Source: Chrysomallon squamiferum (Eukaryota > Animalia > Mollusca). From it: a DNA stretch of 64,000 nt. The notes under the pieces were generated by a model. That model ran no database searches. It was not told the origin of the DNA and was given only the letters and a program-made list of their open reading frames with translations. The translations under genes and the position numbers were made by a program. The stretch covers positions 26,660,001-26,724,000 of the forward strand of contig CM022670.1 in assembly GCA_012295275.1 (NCBI GenBank). Reading direction: 5' to 3'. Below, one piece after another: positions 1 to 12,670 of the stretch; position 1 is the first letter of the stretch; each line of letters begins with the position of its first letter.

Positions 1-791
1 TCTTTTTTTCAGTATTTTAAAAATAAAAATAGAAAATAATATACATTTAGTATTATCTTTTTAGTTAAAATGGTAGATAATTGATTAACCATTCAGTAAA
101 TTTATTATACTGGCTCATACCTGTAAAATTAAAAATGTTTTAATGATGTTTATTATCAATTAACAAATTAATATCTTTTTATTAAATATACTGTTTTGAT
201 TTGATTAAAATTTATAATATTCTAGTTTAATGTCTCATTTTTCAAATTAATAAATATACATTTTTTTAAACATCATGGAGGTATCTAAAAGAACCAAAAA
301 ATATTACCTAAATAAAAATGAGAGTTGCCTGGGATGTCAAAAATTCGTTAGACTGTTTTAATTTAATATTAACTTAAAACTATATTATTTGTGTGGAATT
401 AAATAAATATCCATCCACTTCTAAAGGTGGATATTTAAAAAAAGCTTTCATATAAATCTAACAACATGGTTGTCTTTCAGTCTTGTAAAAGTTACTTATA
501 TTTTGCAGATTACACCAGCATAGCTGCATTTTAGAAATAAATAAGTGATTTCACACCCTGTTCTTGTACTTATAGTAATAATAATAATAAATGATTTACT
601 GTGATGTAATATTTAAGACGAATCGAAACATTATTTCAAAAATATTTTCAAAACAACAGTATATTTTGTTATGATGATGATGATGATGATGATTGAAATT
701 GTTATTAATATCCAGTGTGTTTCTAAAAATAGATGTATGATTTTTTTTCTCATTTTGTTGCCATTTAATTAGTATTTTGTTTCATTTTCAG

Positions 792-833
792 TCGAATAAT
801 ACACTAGCCCAAGGTCAAGAAACCCAGCTCTGA
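792..833 (+). CDS. Probable terminal coding exon of an upstream gene (SNNTLAQGQETQL*)
   Basis: Pyrimidine-rich acceptor ttttgtttcattttcAG (AG at 790-791). Only one frame stays open, giving SNNTLAQGQETQL then TGA at 831-833. It ends in an E-T-x-L class I PDZ-ligand-like motif and is followed by AT-rich UTR-like sequence. Earlier exons are not identifiable in the window. Confidence 0.5.
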   Translation, partial: SNNTLAQGQETQL

Positions 834-1812
834 TGTTTATAGGAAGAACTGTACAATACTCAAAGATGATACATCTCAAAAATGCTGATTTGAAGAAAAA
901 CATTTAGTTAATATATATTGCTTGTTTTCTTTTTTTGTTTTACAATTGTGCCATTTAATTTTGTACAAAATCGTGTTTGTTTTGGGGTTGTTTTTGTTGA
1001 GGTTTGTTTTGGGGGTTTTCTTGTCTCAATAGAAGCATTTTAATCAGTGTTGTATTTTCTTTTTTTTTCTTTTTTTTACTACAGAGAAAGAGATAAAAAA
1101 AAAAAATCAATACCTTTTTAATTTTCATGTTCTGTGCCATATGTATTCTCTTTAAAAGAAATTAATAAAATCATGATTTAGATGAATGAATTAAAGCAAA
1201 ATAATTGATTATAAGGTATAATATAACTAATTTATATTTTGGTTTTTGATACCAGCTCAGGTCATTTAAGAGAAGAGAAAATATTTTGCTTATGGCTGAA
1301 ATATAGAAATAATTTTTCAAAAGAAGTACATCTGGCATTAATTCCCTTTAAAATGTCTCGGCATTAATATATATGGATATATTTTTTATAAATCGAAATA
1401 TGTAATTATGTGACATTATATTTGCTAAATGTTCAGCATAACACTAAAATAATACATTCATGAAGTTTGGTAAAGGATGTTATACATTTTTCACTGGCAT
1501 TATTTCATACAAACAAAATATTGAGTGAATAAATCATTTTATTATAAAACCATTCACAGTCTATTAGTGATGTTATTCAAGTTAGATAAATGATATCATG
1601 GATTACTGTAATCTTTGATGCATTTTTATCAGCTTGTTATTTATTATTTAACATGCTCTATTATTAAGCTTGCTAATTGAACTGAGTAAATAAAAGACTT
1701 AGTAATAATTTGTTACTATATCAGTTTTTAGACCTTTTATAATTATCACTAAATATACACTTCTATTTCTCAAACATAAATTCACTGCTTCAGTGTCTTC
1801 AATATCTTCATC

Positions 1813-1853
<41 letters not shown>
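1813..1853. repeat. (AAT)n microsatellite
   Basis: Perfect AAT run. Similar (ATT)n runs occur at ~11411-11455 and ~25911-25953. Confidence 0.95.
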
Positions 1854-1855
<2 letters not shown>

Positions 1856-2189
1856 GTATATATTATATACATTTGAAACAAAGCAATTATATTATATAGT
1901 TTATCATATATATTTTAAGCACTTAGCTTTTTGACCGTAAACAAAAATTGTATATTATGCAGACTGAAATTTTAACATATTTTTATCCATTTTGTTTAAA
2001 TAATAACTGAAAAGATTCAGAAATGTTAATTTTGTAAGAAAATAATATATAATAATGATAATTAAATATATAATGGTGAAGTTCAGCAATATACTTATTA
2101 ACTTCTATGCATATTTTTCTGCCTTGTTGATATTTATAATAAGCTGTAATCTACCTCAGAGTATGCAAGCCTGGTGTTACCTAACTTTA

Positions 2190-2946
2190 TGTATATATAT
2201 ATATATGTATACATCACAAACATGTATCAGCTTATAACAAGTGTTATATATAAGAACATCTAATTTTATAATCATCACACTGCTGTCTTTTTTTAATAAA
2301 TAACCAATACGTATTACAAATACAAAATTCTGTAATGGCAAATATTATATATATATATATATGTTACTGTATTTGTATAATATTTTGTATATAAAGATGA
2401 AAGGTTGAATATTACTTTGAGATGTAAATATTTTCAATATTCTCATTTCTGGATCTTATTAGAGAATTTCTTTTCTCTTATTTTCTTTTTTCCTTTTTTA
2501 TTTTTGTTTCCTTTATTATTATTTTTGGGTATAACAAATCTTAATATACATTAGAAACATTTATTTGGATTGCTAACTGTGAATACTGAAAAATATTAAA
2601 ATTTTGTTTCACTAAATATTAACACCAATATTATATTACACACCAAGCCAGTCCACTTTTTTTTATATATATAAATAAATGTAAATAAAAATACTTTTAA
2701 AACATTGTCAGTTATAGCTAAAATAATTGTCCTTAGAATGTAATGTTTTTGAAATGAATATAAAACTTATGTTTGCAATCATTTTACTAAATAATGAATA
2801 CTAGCATACCATCACACCTACATTTAGCAAATGAATAAGATCAACTGTCCTGAATTTCACAACAGTGTAAATATATTTTGATTTCACCTTTTTGCTAAAT
2901 CATGGTGTCTAGATTTAAAAAAGTAAAATGAACAAGGTTGTAAATA
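2190..2946 (+). promoter_or_regulatory. Cluster of six TGTAHATA (Pumilio-element-like) motifs in the putative 3' UTR of the upstream gene
   Basis: TGTATATA at 2190 and 2386. TGTAAATA at 2423, 2680, 2866 and 2939, all on the + strand. Confidence 0.4.
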
Positions 2947-3907
2947 AATTAAATCCTAATTTTCTCAACTCACTGGGATTATGGGTTTGTGTGTGTGCTG
3001 TCTTTTAATATACAATACATCCAACAACTATTAATTATATTTTGTTTAAAATAAAGACTGAATGTCTTATGTACACAAATTCAGTCTAGCTGTGGTAAGA
3101 TTAGTGTAATATTTTTGAATATAAAGCTAGTGTAAACATCTTTGCCTTCAAAATGGCAGTCATTGATATCAGTCAGTCTTTGACATGGCAGAATTCTAAG
3201 GCAGTTTGATTAGTATTGATTTTCTTAGATGCTGCTTCCAATTTCATTAGTGTTCTTCTGTTTTTGAAAGGTTTGCTCGGATGTACTTCATTTTACTATT
3301 TTTGTAATAACTGAACTCTGAGTTATACTTCAAATAATATTAGTTTATTTGAGTAAAGGTACCAGAATATAATAATAATAATAATAACAACAACAATAAA
3401 AGCATTTTAATAAATAAAGAAATTATTAATAGTATTGCTGCATCTTATTTATAATCAAGTTTGTATTGTATCCATGGTGAAGGATGTATAACATTTAAAA
3501 CAATAGGACATATAAAAACTACTGTATATGCAAATGACATCATAAACTATATATTATCAGTGTTGTATAGTTTTATAATAAAACAGAGGGGGGGTTGGGG
3601 AGGGAATAAAATCTGCTTCAAAAGAAAAAAAAACAATTGTGGTTTTTTTTAAGTATTTAGTCTAATAGACTTTGGACAGTTGCAACTTTTTTTTATATGT
3701 TTGAAAACTTTATTATTGTTGTTAATTTTTTTTAACCTTATAATCATTGGATAAAGATAGTTTAAACATGTCTGCTGCAGATTTTAATTATTGCCTTTTA
3801 TTTACATATTAAAAATGTTATCCTTGAAATAAATGAAGCAATAATTCATGAGCAATAATTTAAGAAATTCTGTGATTAAAGACATTTTGTGAGGATTCCA
3901 TTTTGTC

Positions 3908-3911
<4 letters not shown>

Positions 3912-3942
<31 letters not shown>
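3912..3942. repeat. Poly(A) tract (31 nt)
   Basis: Uninterrupted A run. Confidence 0.95.
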
Positions 3943-3945
<3 letters not shown>

Positions 3946-6282
3946 TTTTATGTTGAGCATGTTGAATCTGCACTGGATCATAAACTGTTTTCAGTTTTGA
4001 GGTTTCATTCAAGATAAACAAATTATACTCAGGAATATATAATTATAAATAAAATGTATTTTAAGGTTTAATAGAAGTAATCTTTTAAAGTATTTTATTA
4101 TTTTCATTGCTTTTTTTTTTTTTTAATAAAATAATTCTAAAATGTAAAGATTGTTAAATTTAGTATGGTGCTTCAAAATATAGAACTAAATATAGTTGTT
4201 ACTTTTATTTATTTTTTTAAATATGTTGCCACAGATTCACCAACCGATTCACCAATTATTTTGTTTCTTAAAACTGTTTAAATTTTTGTTCTGGGATGAA
4301 TCATATTCCTGCTTGCCACGATGTATCTTCAGGTATTTATATGTATAATATTGCATATTCAGGTGTTAATAATACTGTATTATAGTGTAATTTTGCTTCA
4401 GATACAGATTGCATTTAACTGTAAGAAATGTAGAAATTAGTTTTATGTGTATAGTACATTGCATAAAATAACATGGTTGTGACCAGCTGTCTTGTGTTTA
4501 ATTTCTAATGTTTGTCATTTTTCAAATTATAATAAATAATTTATTTTTAAAAAAATGTTTTGGTTAAGAACTGTAATGTGTTAGATTAATCAGTTTTAAA
4601 ATATTTATACTTTTAAGGGGTTTTTTGTTTTATTCAGAGTTAATTTTATACTGATTTTTTTATAGTTGTAAATTTGCACATCTTTTAAGTTTTATTCTCT
4701 GTTTTAGATGGCAGTAAGTTGCCACATCATTTATAACTTTATGTAAAGGCAGCATGAATTGTCCTTTGTCTTTCCTACTGAAAGACCTTGTGTTTGAAAA
4801 TGTAAAAATGTTTTATGCAGATTTTTTAAAAATTACATTTAAGGCATTCCATTTGAAGCATGTTTAAATTCCAGATTTCTATCAATAAATCATACTAACT
4901 GAATATAATTATGTTCACTGGATTATTTAATGTTGTTTCTTTTTTTCTTTTTTTTTTAAACTTGATTCAATTCAATGAAAATCTTACATCTTTGATATAT
5001 TAACAATGTTGAAAAACAGGAATTATGTTACATACAGAAAAGCAGATTTACTAGATGCTGTGATGGGTGTGGTTGTTGGATTTTGTTCAATGTTCTTTCT
5101 ACTTCCAATGAAAACACTGCTCCCTTCACTGAAAAGCACTTTAAATTAAATTAAATTAAATTAAAAAACTTGTACATCACCATATTCAGGCTCAATTCAT
5201 ATTTTCAACATAATTTTGATTAATAATTAAATTTTCTGTCCTATTGGTTGGATATTTAAATATTTTTCAGTCTGTATGAATTATCTTTGATTCCTGCTAA
5301 TGTACATCACTTGTGTAGATCTTCAGTGAAATGGGTTCTGCCAATAATTATTTTATACAACCAGCTTAATCCATATACAGAAACATATTAACTGATCACA
5401 ATCCTGAAACAAACCTGCAATATGTTCAGTGTGTTTGGTAAGCTGGTATAACAAAACATAAAAAAATAAGATAAATGTTTTGTTATACATGTATCAACAG
5501 ATGTTAAGGTTTTTTTCATTGTAAACACTGGTCTTGAAGAACATGTGAAATATGTATTGCACAAAATACACATATCACCAGTATACTGAAATAAAGGCTT
5601 AACATGGAATCCTGAGAAGTCTTGTTTTCCTTTAAACAATGCAATAAGTGAATAACGCACACTCACACACACACACATTATTATTATTTACTTAGTACTA
5701 ATAATAATAATAAATAATACATAATAAAATGTTAAATAATTTTAGTACTATTTTGTATTATTAAATATAATAAAGTATTTTAATTAGAGTAATTAAAATG
5801 TCTATAGTAAAAGTTAAAGATTTTTGTTTTTAAGTTAATACTACTAGGATGCTACAAATGAAATCAAGGTCATGGAAAATTCCATTGAAATATCAACATG
5901 GTCTGTGTTTTTCTGTTATTAATGCTACATCTAAAGTTAGAACAGAAATAAGGCAAAGTAAGCTAATGTAATGGTCAAAATTAGCATACAGCTGATGCTA
6001 ATAAAACGGTGTATGGCCTCGAGAAAAAATGTTCTATCAAAACTAATAACACAGGCTAATACTGCTTATACCTCCATCAACATTTTGTGAAACTGATAAT
6101 ACAATTCTTGTAGATTTAGAAATATAATCTCATTTCATGCAACTTTCAAATACACTTAATGTGCAGAAGATAAAAAAAGTTATTCACCAATTAATTTTTC
6201 CACATTACATTTATTATACTGAATATGTACATTTACGTATCAAAAACCCAGTAAACTTGATTAAATACAGAAATTTCATATA

Positions 6283-7770
6283 CTCTCCCAAAAAAGAAAT
6301 GCAAAATGGTGCTTTCTTAGATAACTATTGTAAACTGACACATATCGATGTACAAACTATTAATATAATGACATTTGGTGATTCAAACATATAGCTTTTG
6401 TTACAGGCACCAAAAAGCAGGTAACACAAAATAAAGGCTCTGATTGTGTTTATTAGCCAAAACGTCCCCACATGCAAACCACATTACCAGTGCATGAGCA
6501 CGTACAGCACATGAAACTTGAATATGAGGGTTATGAAAATGCAAGGTTTTCGAATGCTTCTGTTCATTATTTTTGTTCTGACCCAACATCAAACAAATGC
6601 CATGACTGAGTGAACCGCAATGAAACAACGCCATTGGCCATTTACAAGCTGGTGAATCCTTCTCGGCTGTAGCCTGGGTGTTCCATGTATCCCCAAGCAC
6701 CATCTTGAGATTCTGGTATCAGATCCAGTAACACCAAACAACACATGACCGTCCCACATCAGGTAGACCATGTGTAACCACCAGGGCCCAGGACCACTAC
6801 ATAAGGGTACTTCATCTATGGGAAAGAACCACCACGGCAACCTCTACTGCCTCAGCAATACCAGGTCTGCATAGAATATTGGCTGAGACAGTGCGCAGCC
6901 GTTTACGAGAGGTAGATATTCAAGCCAGACAGCCTGTAAGAAGAGTGATTTTGACTCAACAACATCGTCAACTACGACGTCAGTGGTGTCAAGTGCACAG
7001 AGTCTAGCCTCAATTACGATGGAGAACTGTCTGGTTTAGTGATGAGACTCGATTTCTGCTTCATCGAGCTGATGGAAGATGTCGAATTTAAGACATCATG
7101 GTGAACGTTTTGCTGCAAATGGCATACAGGAAGCGGACAGATTTGGCAGTGGTAGCGTGATGGTGTGGGCAGCAATCTGATACAGTGGCAGGACTAACCT
7201 GGTTCACATCCAAGGCAACTTAACAGCAAAGAGATACCGAGATGAAATTTTGCAGCCACATGTCGCTCCAATTATGAATAATGGTAACGCTGAATCCAGC
7301 ACGACAATGCGAGACCACATACAGCCAAACTCACAACAGTGTACCTACCCAACAATAACATTTATGTCCTGCCCTGGCCCTCTAAATCTCTGGATTTGAA
7401 CCCTATAGAGCATTTATGGGACAAGTTGAATAGATGACTGAGGCAGCATCAACCACTGTGACTGTGGTTGATGCTCAGTTGGCATTATTCCTTCAGAGTG
7501 GGCCACCATTTTAAGGGGGTAATTCATAATGTCATTACTGCCATGGGAAGGAGATGTCAGGCAGTTCTGGACTCCCATGGTGGGCACACAAGGTATTGAT
7601 ATTATACTGTTATAACCTTGAACTTTAACCTTTTCAATGTAATACCATCAATATTAATGAATTGCAAAAGTTTGTGTAAAATGTGAACATTCTGCTGCTT
7701 TCTGTTGATCCATTAGATGGATATTCCAAATGTCAGTAAAATCAACTTTTGCGTTTCTTTTTTGTTAGTG
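6283..7770 (+). mobile_element. Tc1/mariner (Tc1, DD34E) DNA transposon, near full length, inactive
   Basis: TA flanks at 6281-6282 and 7771-7772. Imperfect ~24-bp TIRs: CTCTCCCAAAAAAGAAATGCAAAA versus reverse-complemented CACTAACAAAAAAGAAACGCAAAA. It contains a degenerate transposase. Confidence 0.93.
6597..7599 (+). pseudogene. Tc1 transposase pseudogene
   Basis: Starts MP*LSEPQ*NNAIGHLQAGES. Motifs VWFSDETRF, FGSGSVMVWAAI, QHDNARPH and PWPSKSLDLNPIEHLWD, with exactly 34 residues between the second D and the E. C-terminus GGHTRY*. Multiple stops (TGA at 6603 and 6621, likely CGA>TGA) and frameshifts. Confidence 0.92.
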
Positions 7771-8308
7771 TATAATAATCTGCATGGACTTCTCTGAACT
7801 CACTTGAAAGTAATTCCTTCAGTGATTTTGCCATAAACCAGATGAAAATCAGCCATAAAATACATAAATAAATATGTATGTATGTACACACACATACACT
7901 CACACAAGGTTCTTCGAAAAATTTAAAATAATAATAAACAAAAACTGATTGGATTTGTTTTATATATCAGTTTATTTATACGGTACCATACAATGATACA
8001 TACGCCGATACAGACATAATATATAATCAATTAAAATACCATCATCATTATTATTAACAATAATAATAATAATAATAATAAAATTAAATTTAAATCACTT
8101 TTTATCAATACATATTTGATTAGTGTACGTTAATTAACTTATCCCAACTTAGACCTGGTGTACAAAATAAGAGAAAAGCTAGTAATATAAAATCGATTAA
8201 GGGACATCACTCTAATTCAACTAACTATCATCGTCTGCATCAAGGTACAAATTGTCACAATTTCATTTTAAGATTATTCTAATTGAATGATAAATTAAAC
8301 TCAACTGA

Positions 8309-8470
8309 TTTCGGCGCGAAAATGAATGCCAGCTTTGTGTTTTCTTTAACTTTTCTGCAACGAAATAATCCATTCATGTTTAAAGGTAAATAACATCTAA
8401 ACATGCACATGATAATACAACAATTCTTGAAAGGATAAGACTAAGATAGTAAGAAAGACAAAAACGAGAA
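8309..8470 (+). other. E2F site plus candidate distal non-coding first exon (5' end unknown, donor after 8470)
   Basis: TTTCGGCGCGAAAA at 8309-8322 (TTTTCGCGCCGAAA on the - strand), followed ~150 nt later by a consensus donor GAA|GTAAGT at 8470/8471. Confidence 0.4.
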
Positions 8471-9387
8471 GTAAGTAAATCAGTGTTTTAAATAAAATCT
8501 AAAAACTAAGGCTAGCTGAATTATGACAGTAAAGTTCGGGTTTGTTAAGTGTGTATATATGTAATAATATTAATAACTTATTTAAGCTAAATGTTTAACT
8601 CTTCCGTTCCACTAAACCTCACCTTTAATATAAATATAACTATGTATTGCTCAACTTCAGCTTATTTTAAGTAAACCCCTTCATCAAAAATTAAAAAGAC
8701 AAAGTTATATGTTTCTACAGTTTCAAATCATTTGAACTGTATTAGTAGTTATTCTTTTAAAAAAATGAGACGTAGTTTAATAAGCTGATAATGGAAAATT
8801 TCTACAGTTCATTAGGATTATTGTTTGCGATCATTGTGTAAAAATCTAGGCTTTTTGTCAGAAAAATCCCTCTTTAAACTACACTATTTCGTACGTTCTG
8901 TATATTATTTATAAATTATATTAAGTTTCTAAGTATATAAACATTACTTTTTAATATTTATATTCTCTATTTTATAATGTTCACAATCGTATATTAGTTT
9001 TCCGTTATACCTTTTTAAAAATATCTATGTTGTTTTCATTACCTTCTTTTTTAATATTTCATTTATTTTCTTTTGGTTGTTTTGTTTTTATCTTCCGATT
9101 TAAAGTATTTTAAAAATAAATAAAATATATCTTTTGGAGGCAGCTGGAAAATAATTTGAAAAAAAAATACTTAGTATAATTTAATTTCATTGTTTAGATA
9201 TACTATTTAAGATATTAAATATTTATTTATTTATTTATTTATTAAACAGTTAAGATAAATATGGTTCTACAATCATTCCAAGATAAATAATTGTATTAGT
9301 TCCATATTGTCCTGAAGGACGACTAAATTTTTGCGTTTTAATATCATTAGAAGGGACGTTACTCTACTCATATTAAGACCTTTCACC

Positions 9388-9449
9388 CAACATGGCGGGC
9401 TTGTGATAAGCACTTCCTGTTTTTAGAATCAAACCCAGAAGTATATAAG
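9388..9449 (+). other. Candidate proximal non-coding first exon (5' UTR, start approximate)
   Basis: YY1/GATA/ETS motif block followed directly by donor AAG|GTATGT at 9449/9450. The ATG exon begins with an acceptor (ttttttctAG 12108-12109) only 13 nt before the ATG, so an upstream UTR exon is expected. Confidence 0.55.
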
Positions 9450-11409
9450 GTATGTTTTTAATAAATTCTAAATGCATTTGAAAGATATCACGTATTAGCA
9501 ACTGAATATACAGGTAATATCGATTCACGTATATACTACTTTAGCAAACCTGATAGTTTCAGTGAAACCGGTAGAAGGACAGATTTTTAAAAATACACTT
9601 TTCAATATATCAACTTCACTCACCCTTGTCACTCCATCACAAAGTTATATCGCCATAACAGGGAAGAAAATAATGTGTATATTATAATGCACATTCAGTG
9701 TTTTGGGATTTGAAATAATATGTCTATTGTCAAATGGTGTGATTTTCTTGTCATTTAGCCCGTGAATGTTTAAGTAATTCTTGTGACACTATCACTATCG
9801 TGACTATGTATGTTAATTTTAAATTTTAACTTAACTTTAAATGTAAAGCCTGAAGGGTGGTCTATGACTTAGAAAACTATATCTAAAATATCTGACCAGC
9901 CCTTTGGGGATATTTCTTTGACTGCAATAGTACTGTATTTTAGATAAATATATTTAACTTCCATTTTGCATTTAATTCTAAAAATAAATCTATTTCGCAA
10001 TTTAAAGGTTCTAATAAATCCATAAGTAACGTATTTTAAAATTTTGGTGGATATATTATATGTGATATTCTTCCATTTTATTTGATACTTGGCACAAAGT
10101 ATGAAATTACGTTTTATAATAAATCTGCAGTTGTTTTCTTTCACTTTTATTTTATTTATTTATTTTATATTTTTATTATATATATATATATATATGAATT
10201 TAGTGTCTGTCAGTGATATATTAGCTGATTATGAAACACTGAAAGTAAAATACTAAGAGTGAATGCATTATTATCAAAACACCTATTTTGGTATTTTATT
10301 TTGTTTTACTTTTAGTTTTGATATTTCTGTAAAAGACGTGACATAAATCTATAAAATAAAAATAAATAAATAATAGGGAAAATGTTGTATTATAGTATAT
10401 TATTAATAACAAAGACTATTTTCCACATGTCCTGGTATATAAAATCTATTAAAACTATTATGTATTCAAATTAAAATTTACAAACAACATATCTGCAGCA
10501 TTCATTTTGTAGATAATAGCTTTTATCAGCTAATTGAGAGTTAAGAGACTAATTGCCAGGTTTTATCTTAGCAGTAATCAACACTTCAGCCTTGCTTTCA
10601 CAAGGCTGTTTGTTTAACCTGTTATAAAATCACTGCAGAATTGTTTTTTCTTTGTTTATATACAAGTAGACAAGTATACAAATAACAAATGACTGTAGCA
10701 TATTATTTTGGATACCTTGAAAGTGTATAACAATAACAATGGAACCTTTTGGTTTTGTGATTCTTTTAGTATTTTAATATTCATACGATAGAGAAAAATC
10801 ATGTATATACTTGCCTGTGACAAATGTATAATTATATCACAAAATGCATTATATATCAGATGTGAAAAGTATATTTCTAAAAAGTTACAAATTTATATGA
10901 TATTGAGTTAGTAATTTTAACAGAAAGTATTTTTTACAAATAATAAAACAAAAAGAAAACAAAAAATATGCTAAAAATAATAAAATAATAATAAATAGCT
11001 GTTTATATATGGATATAAATATAAATATGTGTGTGTGTATATATATATATATATTTTTTTTTTTTTACTTTATGGTTATCAATTAGTAATTATTATTGAT
11101 ATCTTGGTCTTGATAACAGAAATGTTTCAAATTTTTAATTACTCTGTAATGTATTAACTAATCTCAGTCAAAATCATAAAAGTAGTTTGGTGAAAGCTTT
11201 TATATTTTTTAATATTTATTTTATTTTATTTTCATGTTCTTCCTGAATAATAATTATTTTTGCAAGTTTATAATTACAGGATATCCTTTTTGTGTTGACA
11301 TAGCAGTAAAGCATTATAATATCCAGTCACCACTTTTGATTTATTACTTTTATCGGTTAACTTTCTGATAAATAGTTGAATCTAATCATTTTCATATATA
11401 TTAGTATTA

Positions 11410-11458
<49 letters not shown>

Positions 11459-12122
11459 ATGGCAGATATAATGAAAGGATAACCTTATGTAATTTCCTAG
11501 ATATTTGTACATTAAAAACAATTTTGGAAATGTTTAATAAATTATATTTTTTTATACATATTTTTGTTTGGGATTAGTGAAGTTTTAATATAGATATATA
11601 ATATATAAATCAAATAATTCAGAAGCCACTTGGTATATAGAACTTCTAAGTAACTATTGATATTATACATCTGTGTGCAAATATTTATAATACAACTTAC
11701 AAGCTAGCTGTGCATTTGGTAGGGCCACTGGTTTTTAAATGTACATTATATTTTGTGTTCTTGCTCATTTGAAATATCTAAGTTATTTTCCATTAAAATG
11801 TGCATGTCATTAAGTCTATTTATCTGAATAAAAAAATAAAAATAAGACTTGCAATTTATAGATAGTGAATTCATGACACGAAAACATGTATGGACAAAAA
11901 TCTTATATTATTAATGTTTTGTTCCTTTATAACAAGTCAAATGTAATGAAAGGAATAAGTACAGCAACCACTTTATAAACATTTGGATTGTCTCTTGCAA
12001 GATACTTATTTTTTGTTGTTGTTCTTGTTGTGGATTTTAATGTTTATTTTTTAATTTGTTTTTGTTTAAATAATGCTTATTAATTATAATTTCAATTTCT
12101 TTTTTCTAGGTTACTTTTCAAC

Positions 12123-12333
12123 ATGAGCAATATTGTACGATATGAGGCTTTGTATTCTTATGATCCTGATGAATATCACCATGATGATAACAATATCCCA
12201 ATCAGTCCAGGTGATCAGCTGGAGGTGGATATGTCCCACCCAAATAATACACAGTTTGCAAATATGATTGAGAAACCAGAGGGCTGGTTATATGGATACA
12301 ATCTTAAGCAGGGTTCATTAGGTTTATTTCCAG
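12123..12333 (+). CDS. PIK3R1-like: Coding exon 1: p85-type SH3 domain
   Basis: YEALYSY...I.ISPGDQLEV...long n-Src loop...EGWLYGYN..QG..GLFPG matches the p85 SH3 pattern (YRALYDY...GDILTV...GWLNGYNETTGERGDFPG). Exon starts at 12110. Donor CAG|GTAATA at 12333/12334, phase 1. Confidence 0.92.
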
Positions 12334-12553
12334 GTAATAATTTAAATAGTTTCACTTCTTTTAAAGTTTTAAATGAAAATAAATTTCTGGAAGGTGCATG
12401 TTTTGACTTGAACATCTAAGAAAATCAATTTTAATATAGCTGTTATTTCCAAAATAATGTCTTACAAATAACTTCCATGTTTATCAGTTTAGGTTACTGA
12501 AGATGCTAAATATAACCATTTGATTCATTCTAGCTACATAATTTTATTTCCAG

Positions 12554-12670
12554 GTGATAAGTATGTCAAATATGTTGGCCAAAGCAGCAAAAGCACAGTT
12601 CCAAGTCTTCCACCAAAACACCTTGGCCAAGGAGATGTTTGCAATGACAGTGGTTATGAAGGTACACCAG
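12554..12670 (+). CDS. PIK3R1-like: Coding exon 2: end of SH3 (GDKYVKYVG) and Pro-rich linker
   Basis: Acceptor ttttatttccAG (12552-12553) and donor CAG|GTAAGT (12670/12671). 117 nt, phase 1-1. Reads GDKYVKYVGQSSKSTVPSLPPKHLGQGDVCNDSGYEGTP. Confidence 0.92.

Larger units (their letters stand above)
7900..9800. promoter_or_regulatory. CpG-retaining promoter region of the PIK3R-like gene
   Basis: By eye there are roughly 30 CpGs in ~2 kb, versus about a dozen in the following ~7 kb. Contains an E2F-type site (8309-8322), YY1-type AACATGGCGG (9389-9398), GATA TGATAAG (9404-9410) and ETS CACTTCCTG (9411-9419). It lies upstream of the acceptor at 12108-12109. Confidence 0.7.

Noticed and set aside
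3912-3942. A31 as a retrocopy tail
   Set aside because: No TSD or recognisable upstream element. Similar homopolymers are scattered throughout the window.
6401-6840. Minus-strand ORFs of 100 and 83 aa
   Set aside because: Antisense to the Tc1 transposase pseudogene, with no independent features.
12334-12419. C-terminal part of the 98-aa ORF (NNLNSFTSF...)
   Set aside because: Intron read-through. The SH3 is properly completed by exon 12554-12670.
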